The position numbers and the translations under genes are program-made. A stretch of DNA of 63,987 nt, counting the filler, from Fonticula-like sp. SCN 57-25 (Eukaryota): assembly GCA_001724245.1 (NCBI GenBank). It is 6 parts of 6 records of this genome, joined end to end, with 100 filler letters (N's around TTAATTAATTAA, not from the genome) between each part and the next. Parts side by side here need not be neighbours in the genome. Positions count along the whole stretch, not along the records: positions 42,430 to 54,705 come from MEDX01000237.1; positions 54,806 to 63,987 come from MEDX01000265.1; 4 more parts are not named here. One strand, given 5' to 3'. Positions 49,621 to 61,132 of this stretch are shown piece by piece (the stretch's first letter is position 1; the number at the start of each line of letters is the position of its first letter). The notes below the pieces were generated by a model. The model did no database searches and was not told the DNA's origin. It saw only the letters and a list, made by a program, of their open reading frames with translations.

Positions 49621-52288
49621 ATGGCGGAGGCCGAAGGAAGGCGACCGACCTTTTCGCTACCATTCCGCGCAGCGCTTGAGCCGGATCCCCAGTACAATGA
49701 CGCAGCCACAATGCAAGGCCAGAATGCCGCCATTGTCATTGATAACGGTGCGTTTTGGCACAAATCGACTCGTGCGCTAACAATCGTCTGCAGGATCGCA
49801 CCATCTCCGGGCCGGCTGGTCGACGGAAGATGCGCCTAGACGTACGCTACCCCCCGCTCACGGCGCGCGTGTTAACACCATGAATAGTTGACTTTGTGAA
49901 TTTGGCGGCGCGCTATCGCTCGCGCCCGCTGAACGAGCAGGTGACGCAGGTCGGAAGCGACCTCAACTATGCGGAAGCGGCTCGCCTTGTGCGCTCGCCA
50001 TTCGAACAGAACGTCGTGTGTAGCTTTGACGTGATGGAGGACGTTCTAGACCACACCTTTTCGCGGCTTGGAATTAGGGATAGCTCAGTGGCCTCTCCCG
50101 TTGTCATGACCGAGGCCTACTGCACGCCAAATTTCAGCCGGAAATGTACGAGAACTCCAATTTTTATCGCCGAGCTGACGGAGCGTAGTGATGAACGAGC
50201 TCCTGTTTGAAGGATATGGCGTTCCGTTGGTGTCTTACGGTGTCGACGCTCTGTTCAGCTACTACTACAATACGCCGGCGGGGGGTGCCGTGCCGCGCAC
50301 AAGCCTGGTGGTCGCCAGCGGTCACCAGGCGACACACATCCTGCCCGTCGTCAATGACCTGCTGACGCCGCACGGCCGCCGGTATGAACCCTTTGCTTGC
50401 ACCTTTTTTGCCTAATGTTATTTTCCTTTTAGCATTGATATTGGCGGGTTCACGTACACGACGTTCCTCTCGCGGTTGGTTCAGCTCAAGTACCCCCTGA
50501 CCACCCGCGAGATTTCCACATTTGTCTTTGAGGACCTGTGCCGTGAGCATTGCTACTTTGCCGACGATGTCAACGAAGACTTTAATCGGGCTGTACGTCC
50601 CGAAACCTTTGACGAGCTGAACCGCGTGGTGATGATCTCGACGCCCCCGCCCGCGGCGGGCCCCAAGAGCGAGGAGGAACAGGAGCGCCTCGCCAAGATG
50701 CGCAAGGAGCAAGGCAGGCGTTTGCAGGAGCAAGCCGCCAAGAAGCGAGCTGAAAAGGTGCGCAATGTGATTGTGCTATCTCTTTGCTTACCTTTTTTAT
50801 CTAGCTGGATTCTCAGCAAAAGGAGCTGGACTCTCTCGTGGCCCTTGCCAATCTGGCCGGGTCCAAGGGAGCGAAACTGAAAGAATTTAATCAGCATCTT
50901 TCGAAGCGCGGCTTTACGTCAGTTGAGCAGCTTCAACAGGCAATCGCTGCGCTTGAAGGCAAGGTCCGCCAAGCGCGCAATCGCGAGCTGGGCATTGTAA
51001 CAACCGAGACCAAGGAGCGCCCTGTATTTGACCTCATCGACATCCCCGACAGCCAGCTCGACGAAGCCCAGATCAAGGAGAAGCGCAAGCAGCGGCTTCT
51101 CAAGGCCGGCATGGACGCGCGAGACCGCGCTCGCCTGGCCAAGGAGGAGCAGAAGGCGGAAGAAGAGTCGGCGGCAAAGGCAGAGGAGCAGAGGTACTCG
51201 GAGAACCCGGATGCGTTCTTGCAGGAAAAGCGCAAGGATCGCAAGGTACTTTATTCATTTCTTTTTCTTTGACGCTAACGCGCACGCGCGCACAGGAAAT
51301 TTTGAACCGGCTTCGCGAGAGGAAGCGTCTAAAGACGGATTTGACGAACCGTCGCTCGGCGGCATCGCAGCAGCGCATGCGGTCGCTCGCCGCTCTTGCG
51401 TCCGAGTCGAAAGAGGACTCTGCTAATGAGCGCAAGCGCAAGCGGACAGGCAAGCAGAGCGAAAAGGAGGACACCTTTGGCGCGCAGGATAGCGATTGGA
51501 TGATTTACCGCGAAATCGTGCGCATTCTGCCCATGCAAAAGTGGCTGTTAACCGTTGGTGAGTAGAGCAAGGAAGAGGACTCTGATGAAGAGGATGAGGA
51601 TATGATGTCGCTGCATGCGCTTGAGACGACTATCGCCAAGTTTGACCCCTCCTTTGTCGTGTCCGACTTGAGCAGCGACGCGTTCCTTACAGACAACCAG
51701 TCGACTGGCTCGCTGCTCCCGATGCTTCGGTACGCTACGCCGTCCGGCGATATTGGCCCTTTGCACCAGTACGAGATGCACTTGAATATCGAGCGCTTCC
51801 GTGTCCCCGAGGTACGCTCAGCTGGTTACCGCCGTCATGTGCTTAAGGGCATTGTAGATTCTCTACGATCCCACGATTTGCGGCCTGGACCAGAGCGGAC
51901 TGGCGCGCGTCATTCAGATGGTGCTTGAAAACTACAAGGAGCCGCAGCGGGCGGCCATGTCTAGCGTACGGCTCTTTGGACTTTTTTTGGGTTGCTAACC
52001 GAACGAATACAGGATGTGTTTGTCACGGGCGGCGCTGTGCTGCAGACCGGATTCCGCGAACGGCTACAAAAGGAGCTCACGTCGATCCGCCCATTCAAGT
52101 CGGTCTGCAATATCCGCCGCGCGTCAGACCCGCAGCGCGATGCCTGGCGTGGAGCAGCAAAGTACTCGAGGGATCTCGCCGCCGACATGTCGAAAATCGG
52201 CATCACGCGGCAGCAGTTTGACGAGATGGGCCATGACTACCTTACCGAGCACCAGTGGTCGAGCCCATATTTCCGGGTTCCCTCCTAA
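49621..52288 (+). CDS. ACTR5: Actin-related protein 5 (INO80 complex), multi-exon
   Basis: AIVIDNG; RSPFEQNVV; MNELLFEGYGVP.VSYGVDALFSYY; EKRKQRLLKAG; DTFGAQDSDWMIYREI; LNIERFRVPE; DAWRGA; YLTEH..S.PY. Confidence 0.93.
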
Positions 52289-52570
52289 GTGCAATTAACT
52301 ATTTTATTATTTTACCGCAATTTTCTATTGCATATGAATAATACTTGTATGTTGTATGACTGTGTTGTCCCTCCCATGCATGGATCGAAATCAAAAATCA
52401 GACTGCCCCTCAAGTGGATTGTTACGGAAGATTACGGAAATTACGGTAACGAAACGGTAACGAGGGAAAAAAACCGTTACGACGATGACGATTTCGTTGC
52501 ATCCGCCTGCTCTGGGCATCCACTCTGCATCGCATCCATCCCATCCGTCGTGTGCATTTGAAGCGAGACA

Positions 52571-53552
<982 letters not shown>

Positions 53553-53730
53553 GCTCCTGCAAAGGCGCTGCGGGGTTTATTGTGCCGATGACGCTCCTCT
53601 CTTTCGAGTGTTGGGGCTCATCGCACACTAGCCTGCGTTCTCTGTAGTTGCATTTTGTATATACTATCCGAAATACTATTCTTTGATTCTTNATTAATGA
53701 CAAATACATAAGAGTGTTTTGGTTGAAGAT

Positions 53731-54705
53731 TTACATGGCCTTGCTGTTTGACGGCGGGAAGAGCATTGCCTCATACTTTGCGCGCTGCTTCTTTTGCATC
53801 GACTGGAAGACGCCGACGTTGAAAACAGCCTGCATTTGCTTTGGCGTGTACTCCTGCAACCCAACCTGCGTTAGTGATCGATGGCGCTCGTCAAAGTCAG
53901 CGCACCTTGCTTGTGAGAATCCAGTGCTCGAGCTCGTTCTCTGACAAGTAGTATGCTTTGATGTACTTGTCCAAAAAGTTAAAGTGCGGGATGGGCCGTA
54001 ATGTCGTGAGCTTTTCGAGCTCGCTCATAAACACCTTTGCGTCGAGCTGCATCTGGCCGCGGCCTCCGGGCGAGCACTGCCAAACGCTGCGTTGGCCCCA
54101 GAAGCAAAGGCGCGTGTGTGCGTACCTTTTTGGCGCGAGAATAACCTTCGACGATGGTCTCCATCGCGTTGATGATGGAATGGTACCATAGGATGTTTTG
54201 CACCTCGGCGGGGACGATCTTGAGCCTACAAAACTGTGAGCGAAACGCATAGAGTCGAAAGCGAAAGCGTACGAAGGCTCCTTTTGCATCCGATCCCTGA
54301 AATTCTCGTACTCTTTCAAGAGCACTCGTAAGCGCGAGTCAAGGAAAAACATTAAAATTGCAACAATATCAGTCACAACGCATGCCACAACCCACGCCAC
54401 AATGCACGCCACAATGAAATAACATAATAAGTGTATAGAGCGGATATCGACGTAGGGCGAAGTGGACGTTCCGAGCATCGCAATGTCCCAGTTGGTCGAC
54501 GCGATTAGATTGAGCGCGGGCTCCGTGTTGATGAACCGCTTGGCGAGCATCCTATACATGAGCGTGCGGATCTCCTTGATCATGTCCACCGTCGAGTTGT
54601 AAAAGTGCAGGACGGTCGGCGCGTCCGAGGCCGGAACCGAGTGCTGTGCAAACATTAGTTCTTGAGAGGCGTGTGGCGCGGCCGTACCTCGAATCGCTCC
54701 TTGAC
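53731..54705 (-). CDS. VPS50: VPS50/syndetin (EARP subunit), 3' part
   Basis: VEGYSRAKKCSPGGRGQMQLD..LEKLT.LRPIP..DKYIKAYYLSENELEHWI..EYT.KQ matches the syndetin C-terminal domain. Confidence 0.85.
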
Positions 54706-54805
54706 NNNNNNNNNNNNNNNNNNNNNNNNNNNNNNNNNNNNNNNNNNNNTTAATTAATTAANNNNNNNNNNNNNNNNNNNNNNNNNNNNNNNNNNNNNNN
54801 NNNNN
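54706..54805. other. Artificial contig linker
   Basis: N44-TTAATTAATTAA-N44. Confidence 0.99.
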
Positions 54806-55449
54806 AAACAATGTCTTTCCATACAACGTGCCATAAAAGTTGCTATTCTTTTTCTGTAACTCACTCGAGCTGCCGTTCGTTTTTCACGCTCCGAAGATGC
54901 GCCGCGTTCCTCTTTCGCGGAATGACCGTCCGGCCCCCCGGCCCCCGCCGAGCCGACCAGTGCTGGAACCCCCGCCCCACACGTTCATATCCACGTGGGC
55001 TGCATCTTTGAGTGGACCAATGAGCCGTCGCAACCCCGAAACGTGTAAAAGCAGAATCCTTTTTCACCTTTTATGGAAAATATGGCGGCCAGTTAGCGCG
55101 TGAAAATTACCGGCCCCGATAGCGTTCTCGCCCAAATTCACCCGATTGATTGGACACGCGATTCACTGTAAATCCTACAGGAAACATGTGTAAATAATAT
55201 CCCGCGAATCTGGGCGCATACACGCATGTGTAACCGTGGGAGGATGCGGAATGGGTGTGCACCAACGGGGCAATCTCGTTGGCTGCGGGGAACCAGGGCC
55301 TGGAGCACGTTTGCTTGTGTGGCGGCGGCTTACTTGTAACCCCCACGCGACTCGCTTTTGCGCCTAGCAGCGAGCGTTTTTTGCGTCAGACCGCCTCTTT
55401 CCTCTCGGTGAGCGCTGTACACGCTGAACCTGGAACGCTACCTCGTGCC

Positions 55450-56346
55450 ATGTCGCCCCATACCATGTCTGTAAAGTCGCTGTTGTGCGATCCGGCGCCT
55501 TCGACCTCGCCCGAGCCGAGCCCCACCGGTGCAACCTCCGCAACCGCGAACGGCGCGACCGAGATGAGCCGCCCGTACAAGTGCGTCATGGACGGCTGCG
55601 ACAAGAGCTTTTACCGCCACGAGCACCTGAGCCGCCACATTCGGACTCACACTGGCGAGAAGCCGCACCAGTGCACGGTTGCCGGCTGCCACAAGCGCTT
55701 TTCGCGCTCGGACGAGCTGCGCCGCCACTCGCGCATCCACAGCGTGTCGCGCCAGACGCTCACGCGCCCCGACGATCTCTGCTGGTCGTCCGTCACGGCC
55801 GCCTCCTTTGATGCCCGCACCGTGCCGATCGCGCGCCAGCCCTCTTCGGGCATCAAGGCCGCCTCGTCGCGCCGCCGCCATCTGTGCTCGGTCGACGGCT
55901 GCGGCAAGGCCTTTTCGCGCACTGGCCACCTGATCCGCCACCAGCGCACGCACACTGGCGAGAAGCCGTACCAGTGCCTCGAGCCCGGCTGCGGTAAGGA
56001 CTTTGGCCGCAGCGACACGCTCCGCGAGCAACTCCGCTCGCACGGCATCGTCGCCGGCACCACCAAGGCTTCCAACACCTACGCCGACATGGCCGACGAT
56101 GACGAAGACACCGACGACGACTATTACACCTCGTCGTCGGGCGGCAGCAGCGCCAACGTCTCTCCCAAGATGATGGCCGCGCCCAGCCCGTACATCTCGG
56201 GCGCCCAGCTGTTCAGCAGCGGCGTCCTCGGTCTGCCCCTGCGCTCCATCGTCAAGCCGGAGCCGGTGCGCCCCATGTCCATCCTCGACCAGTTCTCGAG
56301 CATCGCACTTTCGTTCGCCGCGGCGGACGGCGCAATTAGCATTTAG
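55450..56346 (+). CDS. C2H2 transcription factor with a CreA/Mig1-like finger pair plus a second finger pair, intronless
   Basis: [48 protein letters not shown] (CreA/Mig1 signature); second pair [23 protein letters not shown]. Confidence 0.88.
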   Translation: MSPHTMSVKSLLCDPAPSTSPEPSPTGATSATANGATEMSRPYKCVMDGCDKSFYRHEHLSRHIRTHTGEKPHQCTVAGCHKRFSRSDELRRHSRIHSVSRQTLTRPDDLCWSSVTAASFDARTVPIARQPSSGIKAASSRRRHLCSVDGCGKAFSRTGHLIRHQRTHTGEKPYQCLEPGCGKDFGRSDTLREQLRSHGIVAGTTKASNTYADMADDDEDTDDDYYTSSSGGSSANVSPKMMAAPSPYISGAQLFSSGVLGLPLRSIVKPEPVRPMSILDQFSSIALSFAAADGAISI

Positions 56347-56721
56347 GAGGCCGGCACTGGCTAAAAAAAAAGTAGTTTGTTGTACATAGTTTATTTATAT
56401 CTGTTTGATTGATGAGCATTATTTACGTTGTACGAGTGATGATATGCATTCCACGTTAGAATAAATTGCAGCCTTTGTTACTCTTTTGACAACATCTTGG
56501 TCCATTTTGCGGTAGTATTCTCGAAGGGGCACTAGACATAAGGTACTAGTGTGTATTGGTGACCTGTAGGCCGTCGCATACGTGTCACTGAACAGCCACA
56601 TGGACCAGTTTTACCCATCGTGTTCCACGTATTCGCATCTTATTCTGCATTAAAACAATACTGTTATGTTGCTGTGCATGTGTATTCGATAATAATAGTA
56701 CAAAAAACTGCTTTTCCCGCG

Positions 56722-57629
56722 TTACTGAATGTTGCACGAGTCCTTCTTCTGACCCTGCCCCTGACTCTGCCCCTGCTTCTGACCCTGCTTCTGACCCCCC
56801 TGCTGCTGCTGCTGCTGCCACTTTGCGTGCGCCTCCATCTGCCGCTGCTTGTTGGCGTCCTTGAGCGCCTCCTTTGCCGCCTCGTGCTTGGCGTCATCGG
56901 GCTTGCCGAAAAAGGTCATCTTTTTGGCGGGAACGCCCTTGGGCGGCGGCCCGGTGCACGCGTGATCGGCCTCGAGACGGTGCTTGAGGCAAAACTGCCG
57001 CTGGCACTCGCGGCACGTGGTCGGGACGAGCGTCTTTTCGCGGCAGGAGGGGAGGCTGCAGATGGCCGACTTGGGAACGGAGGAGGTGGGAGGGGGGGCC
57101 GAGGGGCCGCAGCCGCGCGATATGTGCTCATTCATCTGATCGGTAAAGGTCAGTTCAATAGAAACAGAGAGAATCGGTGACAAAAGCAATACGCACACAC
57201 AACACAAAGAGCACATAACAAACAGTTAAGGGTCTATATATGTACATAGTATATGGAAAGGAGTGTGACGTACGCGGATATTGGGGTCTTCGTCAGGGCG
57301 GCCAGGCACAACCACGCCGCACATTGGGCAGACGGCGGCCTGGGCATCGCGCGGGGGATTGGGGCACTTGTGCGCGGCAAACGCATAGTGGTCATTGCTG
57401 AGGGTTAGAAAACGTTAGCAGCAAGGCAACACGCAACAAAAGAGCAACCATTTCTTAATGTTCGTACCAAAAGATCTTGCGGCACCCGTCGCACTTGGTC
57501 GGCAGGAAATCTGGGCGCGCAATGTCAGCGATCTCGCTTTCAAACAAACCATATTCAATATCAAAGATACGGACCTAGTTGACGGCAGTCCGCCTCGGAG
57601 CACTGCGTCCCGACGTCAGGCAGCTCCAT
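56722..57629 (-). CDS. AN1-type zinc finger protein (ZFAND2/AIRAP-like) ending in a CaaX motif (CNIQ), multi-exon
   Basis: MELPDVGTQCSEADCRQL; DFLPTKCDGCRKIF; AVCPMC; HISRGC; CRECQRQFCLKHRLEADHAC. Confidence 0.88.
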
Positions 57630-57716
57630 TGCTGTGTGTGAAGCTGGGACTTGCCCGCCTACAAGTTGACCAAGCAGGGCACAACAAAACTACCGGTACC
57701 TCGTCACGTGACTGCG

Positions 57717-58367
57717 ATGTCGGGGGACGGCGCCGTTGTCGATCTCGAGGCGCGGCTTGAGGCGCTCGAGCGCCTTGTTGGCGCCTCGCAGCCGGACTCT
57801 TCCTCTATTTCACATGCGCTTTCTACTATTGAGACGCGGCTTCAGAATATCAAGAATCGCGATGTGGACCGCCTGCTAGCAATGACCGACACGGCCCAGT
57901 ACGCGCTCACAACATCAAAGTTTAATGCCCTACCTTCGTCGGATGGCCGCGCGGCGGTGATCATTGCGAGTGAGCCGAGCGTGCGCCAGACGGCGGTGCA
58001 GCTCGAGCAGCTTGATGGCCTCTCCAAGTATGCCGAGGGCACTTCCTTCAAGGGTACAATCTCTTTTCGTGGTTGATCCTTGTGGCTCATCCGAACCTAG
58101 ATCTGCCGGCGAATGTGGCGCAGCTTGCCCCGGTGGAGCTTAAGCATGAGGAGCAGTCGGCCGCGTTGGACGCGCTCACGGCCCGCTTGCATCAGATCCT
58201 CGCTGCCTACAACGACAATGTGCGCCATCGCATCCTGTGCCGGCATCGTTGCGCTAATGTCATCGCGGTAGGTGTCGACGCTCAGCCAGGTGTTTATGGA
58301 GTGGGACAGGCGGCTAAGCGAGGCCGAGTGGCTCGTGTCGCGGTTGCACGCGGAGCAGCAGCGGTGA
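57717..58367 (+). CDS. DCTN3: Dynactin subunit 3 (p22/p24)-like, 3 exons
   Basis: LEARLEALERLV; LAAYNDNVSTLSQVFMEWD resembles DCTN3 L..YN....LSKQFVQWD. Confidence 0.7.
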
Positions 58368-58532
58368 TCGGACTGATTGATGATGGCCCGGCATCCTGTG
58401 CTGCGGGGTGCGGGGACCTCGCGTATCATTTGATCTTTTGAAAAATATGGAATATTATAATTGAATCATTATTGAAAAATTGTCTAAGAAGCGAAACAAA
58501 AGACACATTATTTTACGCAGAATGGGACTCGA

Positions 58533-59061
58533 TCAGCGCTGGAAAAGGTTCATCAGATTGCGGAAGAAGGACGGCTTGAGCTTGGCAAGATACTCCTGCG
58601 CCTCGGACCCAAGAAGCTAAACAAATGTCAGAAAGGAAAGAAGCAAAATGTAAAGAGCAAGTACCGCGCCGCGAGCCGCGTATTTCTCAGTGTGCTGCGT
58701 GATGGCAGGATCGCGCGGGTACTGAAAATGGCGAGTCAGTTGAAAAAGTTCCTCAAGAGCCAAAGCGCACTTTTGTGGCAAACTCGTTCGACTGGAGCGA
58801 CTTTAGGGCCTCCAGCTGCTGCCGCCCGTACTGCAGCCTGCTCGTCAGGTCTGCTTCGGATGTCGAAGGCTGCCGCATCGATGAGACATGGGAATGCACG
58901 GCCATGCGTGTGCGTACATTAGAAAACGACGCACGGACACGGCTCGCCATTGCGTCCTTGATGTTGCGACCCGGGCGGTCGGGCTGCGCGGGCCAGCGCT
59001 TCTGCACGCGGAGCAGCGCGCGGAAGAGGCTCCTTGCCTCGACGGCCGCTGGCGTGGCCAT
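58533..59061 (-). CDS. UQCC2: Complex III assembly factor UQCC2/Cbp6-like, multi-exon
   Basis: FRALLR..KRWP.QPDRPGRNI..RVRASF; LEALKSLQSNEFATKYP. Confidence 0.7.
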
Positions 59062-59073
59062 GGCGCGTGCTGA

Positions 59074-59149
59074 CTGATTGTCGTCTGATTCTGTTCTGAT
59101 TTTACTTTTTTGATGATTTGGGCTGATTTTGGTCTGATTTTGCCTGATT
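59074..59149. promoter_or_regulatory. Cluster of six CTGATT motifs in the 110 nt bidirectional promoter between UQCC2 and MPP-alpha
   Basis: CTGATT at 59074, 59085, 59096, 59123, 59134 and 59144, plus ATGATT at 59113. Confidence 0.55.
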
Positions 59150-59171
59150 CTCTTTGACCACGCACATCAAG

Positions 59172-60912
59172 ATGCTGCGCGCTGGAGGCCGCCTTGCGCA
59201 TTCCGGAGCGGCGGCGGCGTCGCGCCTGCTCTCGTCGACCATCTCTAATGCCCCCGCGCCGGCATGGGCAAAGTCCATGTCTGATCCCGTTGTTCCTCCG
59301 GCCGATGCCCTTCGCGCTGCGCCCGAGGACGTGACGCAGACGGCGGTGCTCGCACCGGGGGTCAAGGTCGTGACCGAGGATCGCTTCGGCCTCACGTCGA
59401 CGGTGGGTGTTTTCCTCCCCGGCGGCGCGCGCTTTGAGACGCCCGAGACGGCCGGGTCGACCCTGCTGAGCGATCTGCTCATGCTGCGCGGGACGCGGAC
59501 CATGAGCGGCAACGACATCACTGAGGCTTTCAATGAGATTGGCGCCCAGGTCGGCTGCATCAGCGCCCGCGAGCACCTTGCCGTCAACGCGACCGTGTTG
59601 AGACACCACGTGCCGCGCGCTATGCAGCTTTTGAGCGACGTGGTGAGGAGACCGTACTACGACGAGGGCGATTTTAACGAGCAGCTGACAAATGGCGAGG
59701 TACGATCCCCGGCGATTCCCCCAAGGCCGAGCTAACGCGTGATGCCGGATATTCAGTTTATGCACATGAGGCAGCAGGAGACGTACCCTGAATACCTGAG
59801 CGACCTCGCGCACAAGGCTGCGTTCAAGGACCAGTCGCTCGCTCTGCCCGTCATCCCGACGCCGCAGACGATCGCCAATTTGACCCTGCCCGCTTTTTGG
59901 AAGTACCGCCAGGCGCTACTCCGGCCAAAGAACATGTTTGTCGTCGGCCTTGGTGTCGAGCACAGCGACGTACGACCGAAATTTTTATTATTGAAGTGTT
60001 GATGCTTACCATCTGCGCAGTTTTGCCGGCTGTCCGAGGAGCACTTTGGGTCAGGCTGGACGGACGAGCAGCTCACGGCGCCCGCCCTCAAGACGGAGCC
60101 GAGCAAGTACGTCGGCGGCGAGCTGTTTGTGTCGAACCCGCAGGAGCAATACGTGCACATGATGCTCGCTTTTGAGGGTGCGCAGCATGCTTTTTATTCA
60201 TATTTGTCTGACGTCTGCTTTCTGCAGGCCGCAGCTACCATCACGCCGACATGTTTACCCTTTCTGTGCTTCACTGGTGGCTCGGCGGCGGCTCCAGCTT
60301 TAGCACTGGCGGTCCCGGCAAGGTACTTTTTCCCTCTTTTCTTCCATATCCGCTGCTTACACCGCCGCCCAGGGCATCTTTTCGCGCCTGTACAGCCTGC
60401 TGTACATCTCCAACAGCTTCCAGACGGTGCAGGCGTCGTCGTCCATGTACGCCGAGACGGGCATCTTTGGCGTGTACATTGCCGCGCGCAAGTCGCCGCG
60501 CCGCCGGAGCGACGGGATCGCCGACGCGCTGCGGACGGTCATCCGCGAGCTGCACAACCTCGCGCTGAACGTGCCTGAAGATGAGCTCAAGCGTACAAAG
60601 AACCAGCTCAAGTCGTCGCTTCTTATGAATCTAGAGACGTCATCTGTCAGCTTTGACGTACGTTTTTCCTTTAGTTATGTTTTCTTTGCTTGCCACTCAC
60701 ACTTTGACTATCCGTAGGACCTGGGCCGTCAGCTGCAGTCGTATGGGAAAAAGTATGGCAGCGCCGAGCTCTGCCGCTTGATAGACAATGTCACCGCCGC
60801 GGACGTGTCCGTGCTGCTGCATGGCATGCTGGCGTCGGCGCCGACGCTCGCCGCGTACGGAGACACGAGCATCGTGCCGCCCCTTGAGCAGGTCGCCAAG
60901 TGGCTAAAGTAA
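59172..60912 (+). CDS. PMPCA: Mitochondrial processing peptidase alpha subunit (M16 family), multi-exon
   Basis: Presequence; TVGVF..GGARFE; glycine-rich loop GGGSSFSTGGPGKG.FSRLY; KNQLKSSLLMNLE; no HXXEH zinc motif. Confidence 0.9.
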
Positions 60913-61132
60913 GGGGACGGCTGATGCGCCGTTTTTTTGTTGATTATCCAATGTTATCATCATCATTACTATCGCTTTGTTTTATAATAAAGAGCTGTAT
61001 ATTAAAAAGACGCGTGCCTGTATGGACATTTTCGCTGAAATCGGCGGTTTCCCTTTAGGCATTGTGCGTTACCATAATGGTATAAGATCGACCGATCGGT
61101 ATGGTGGAATTAGTAATCAACTGGAGGCGGCG

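Noticed and set aside
57703-57712. Exact GTCACGTGAC (CLEAR/E-box) between the AN1 gene and DCTN3
   Set aside because: A single generic bHLH palindrome is insufficient to infer a TFEB-like regulon.
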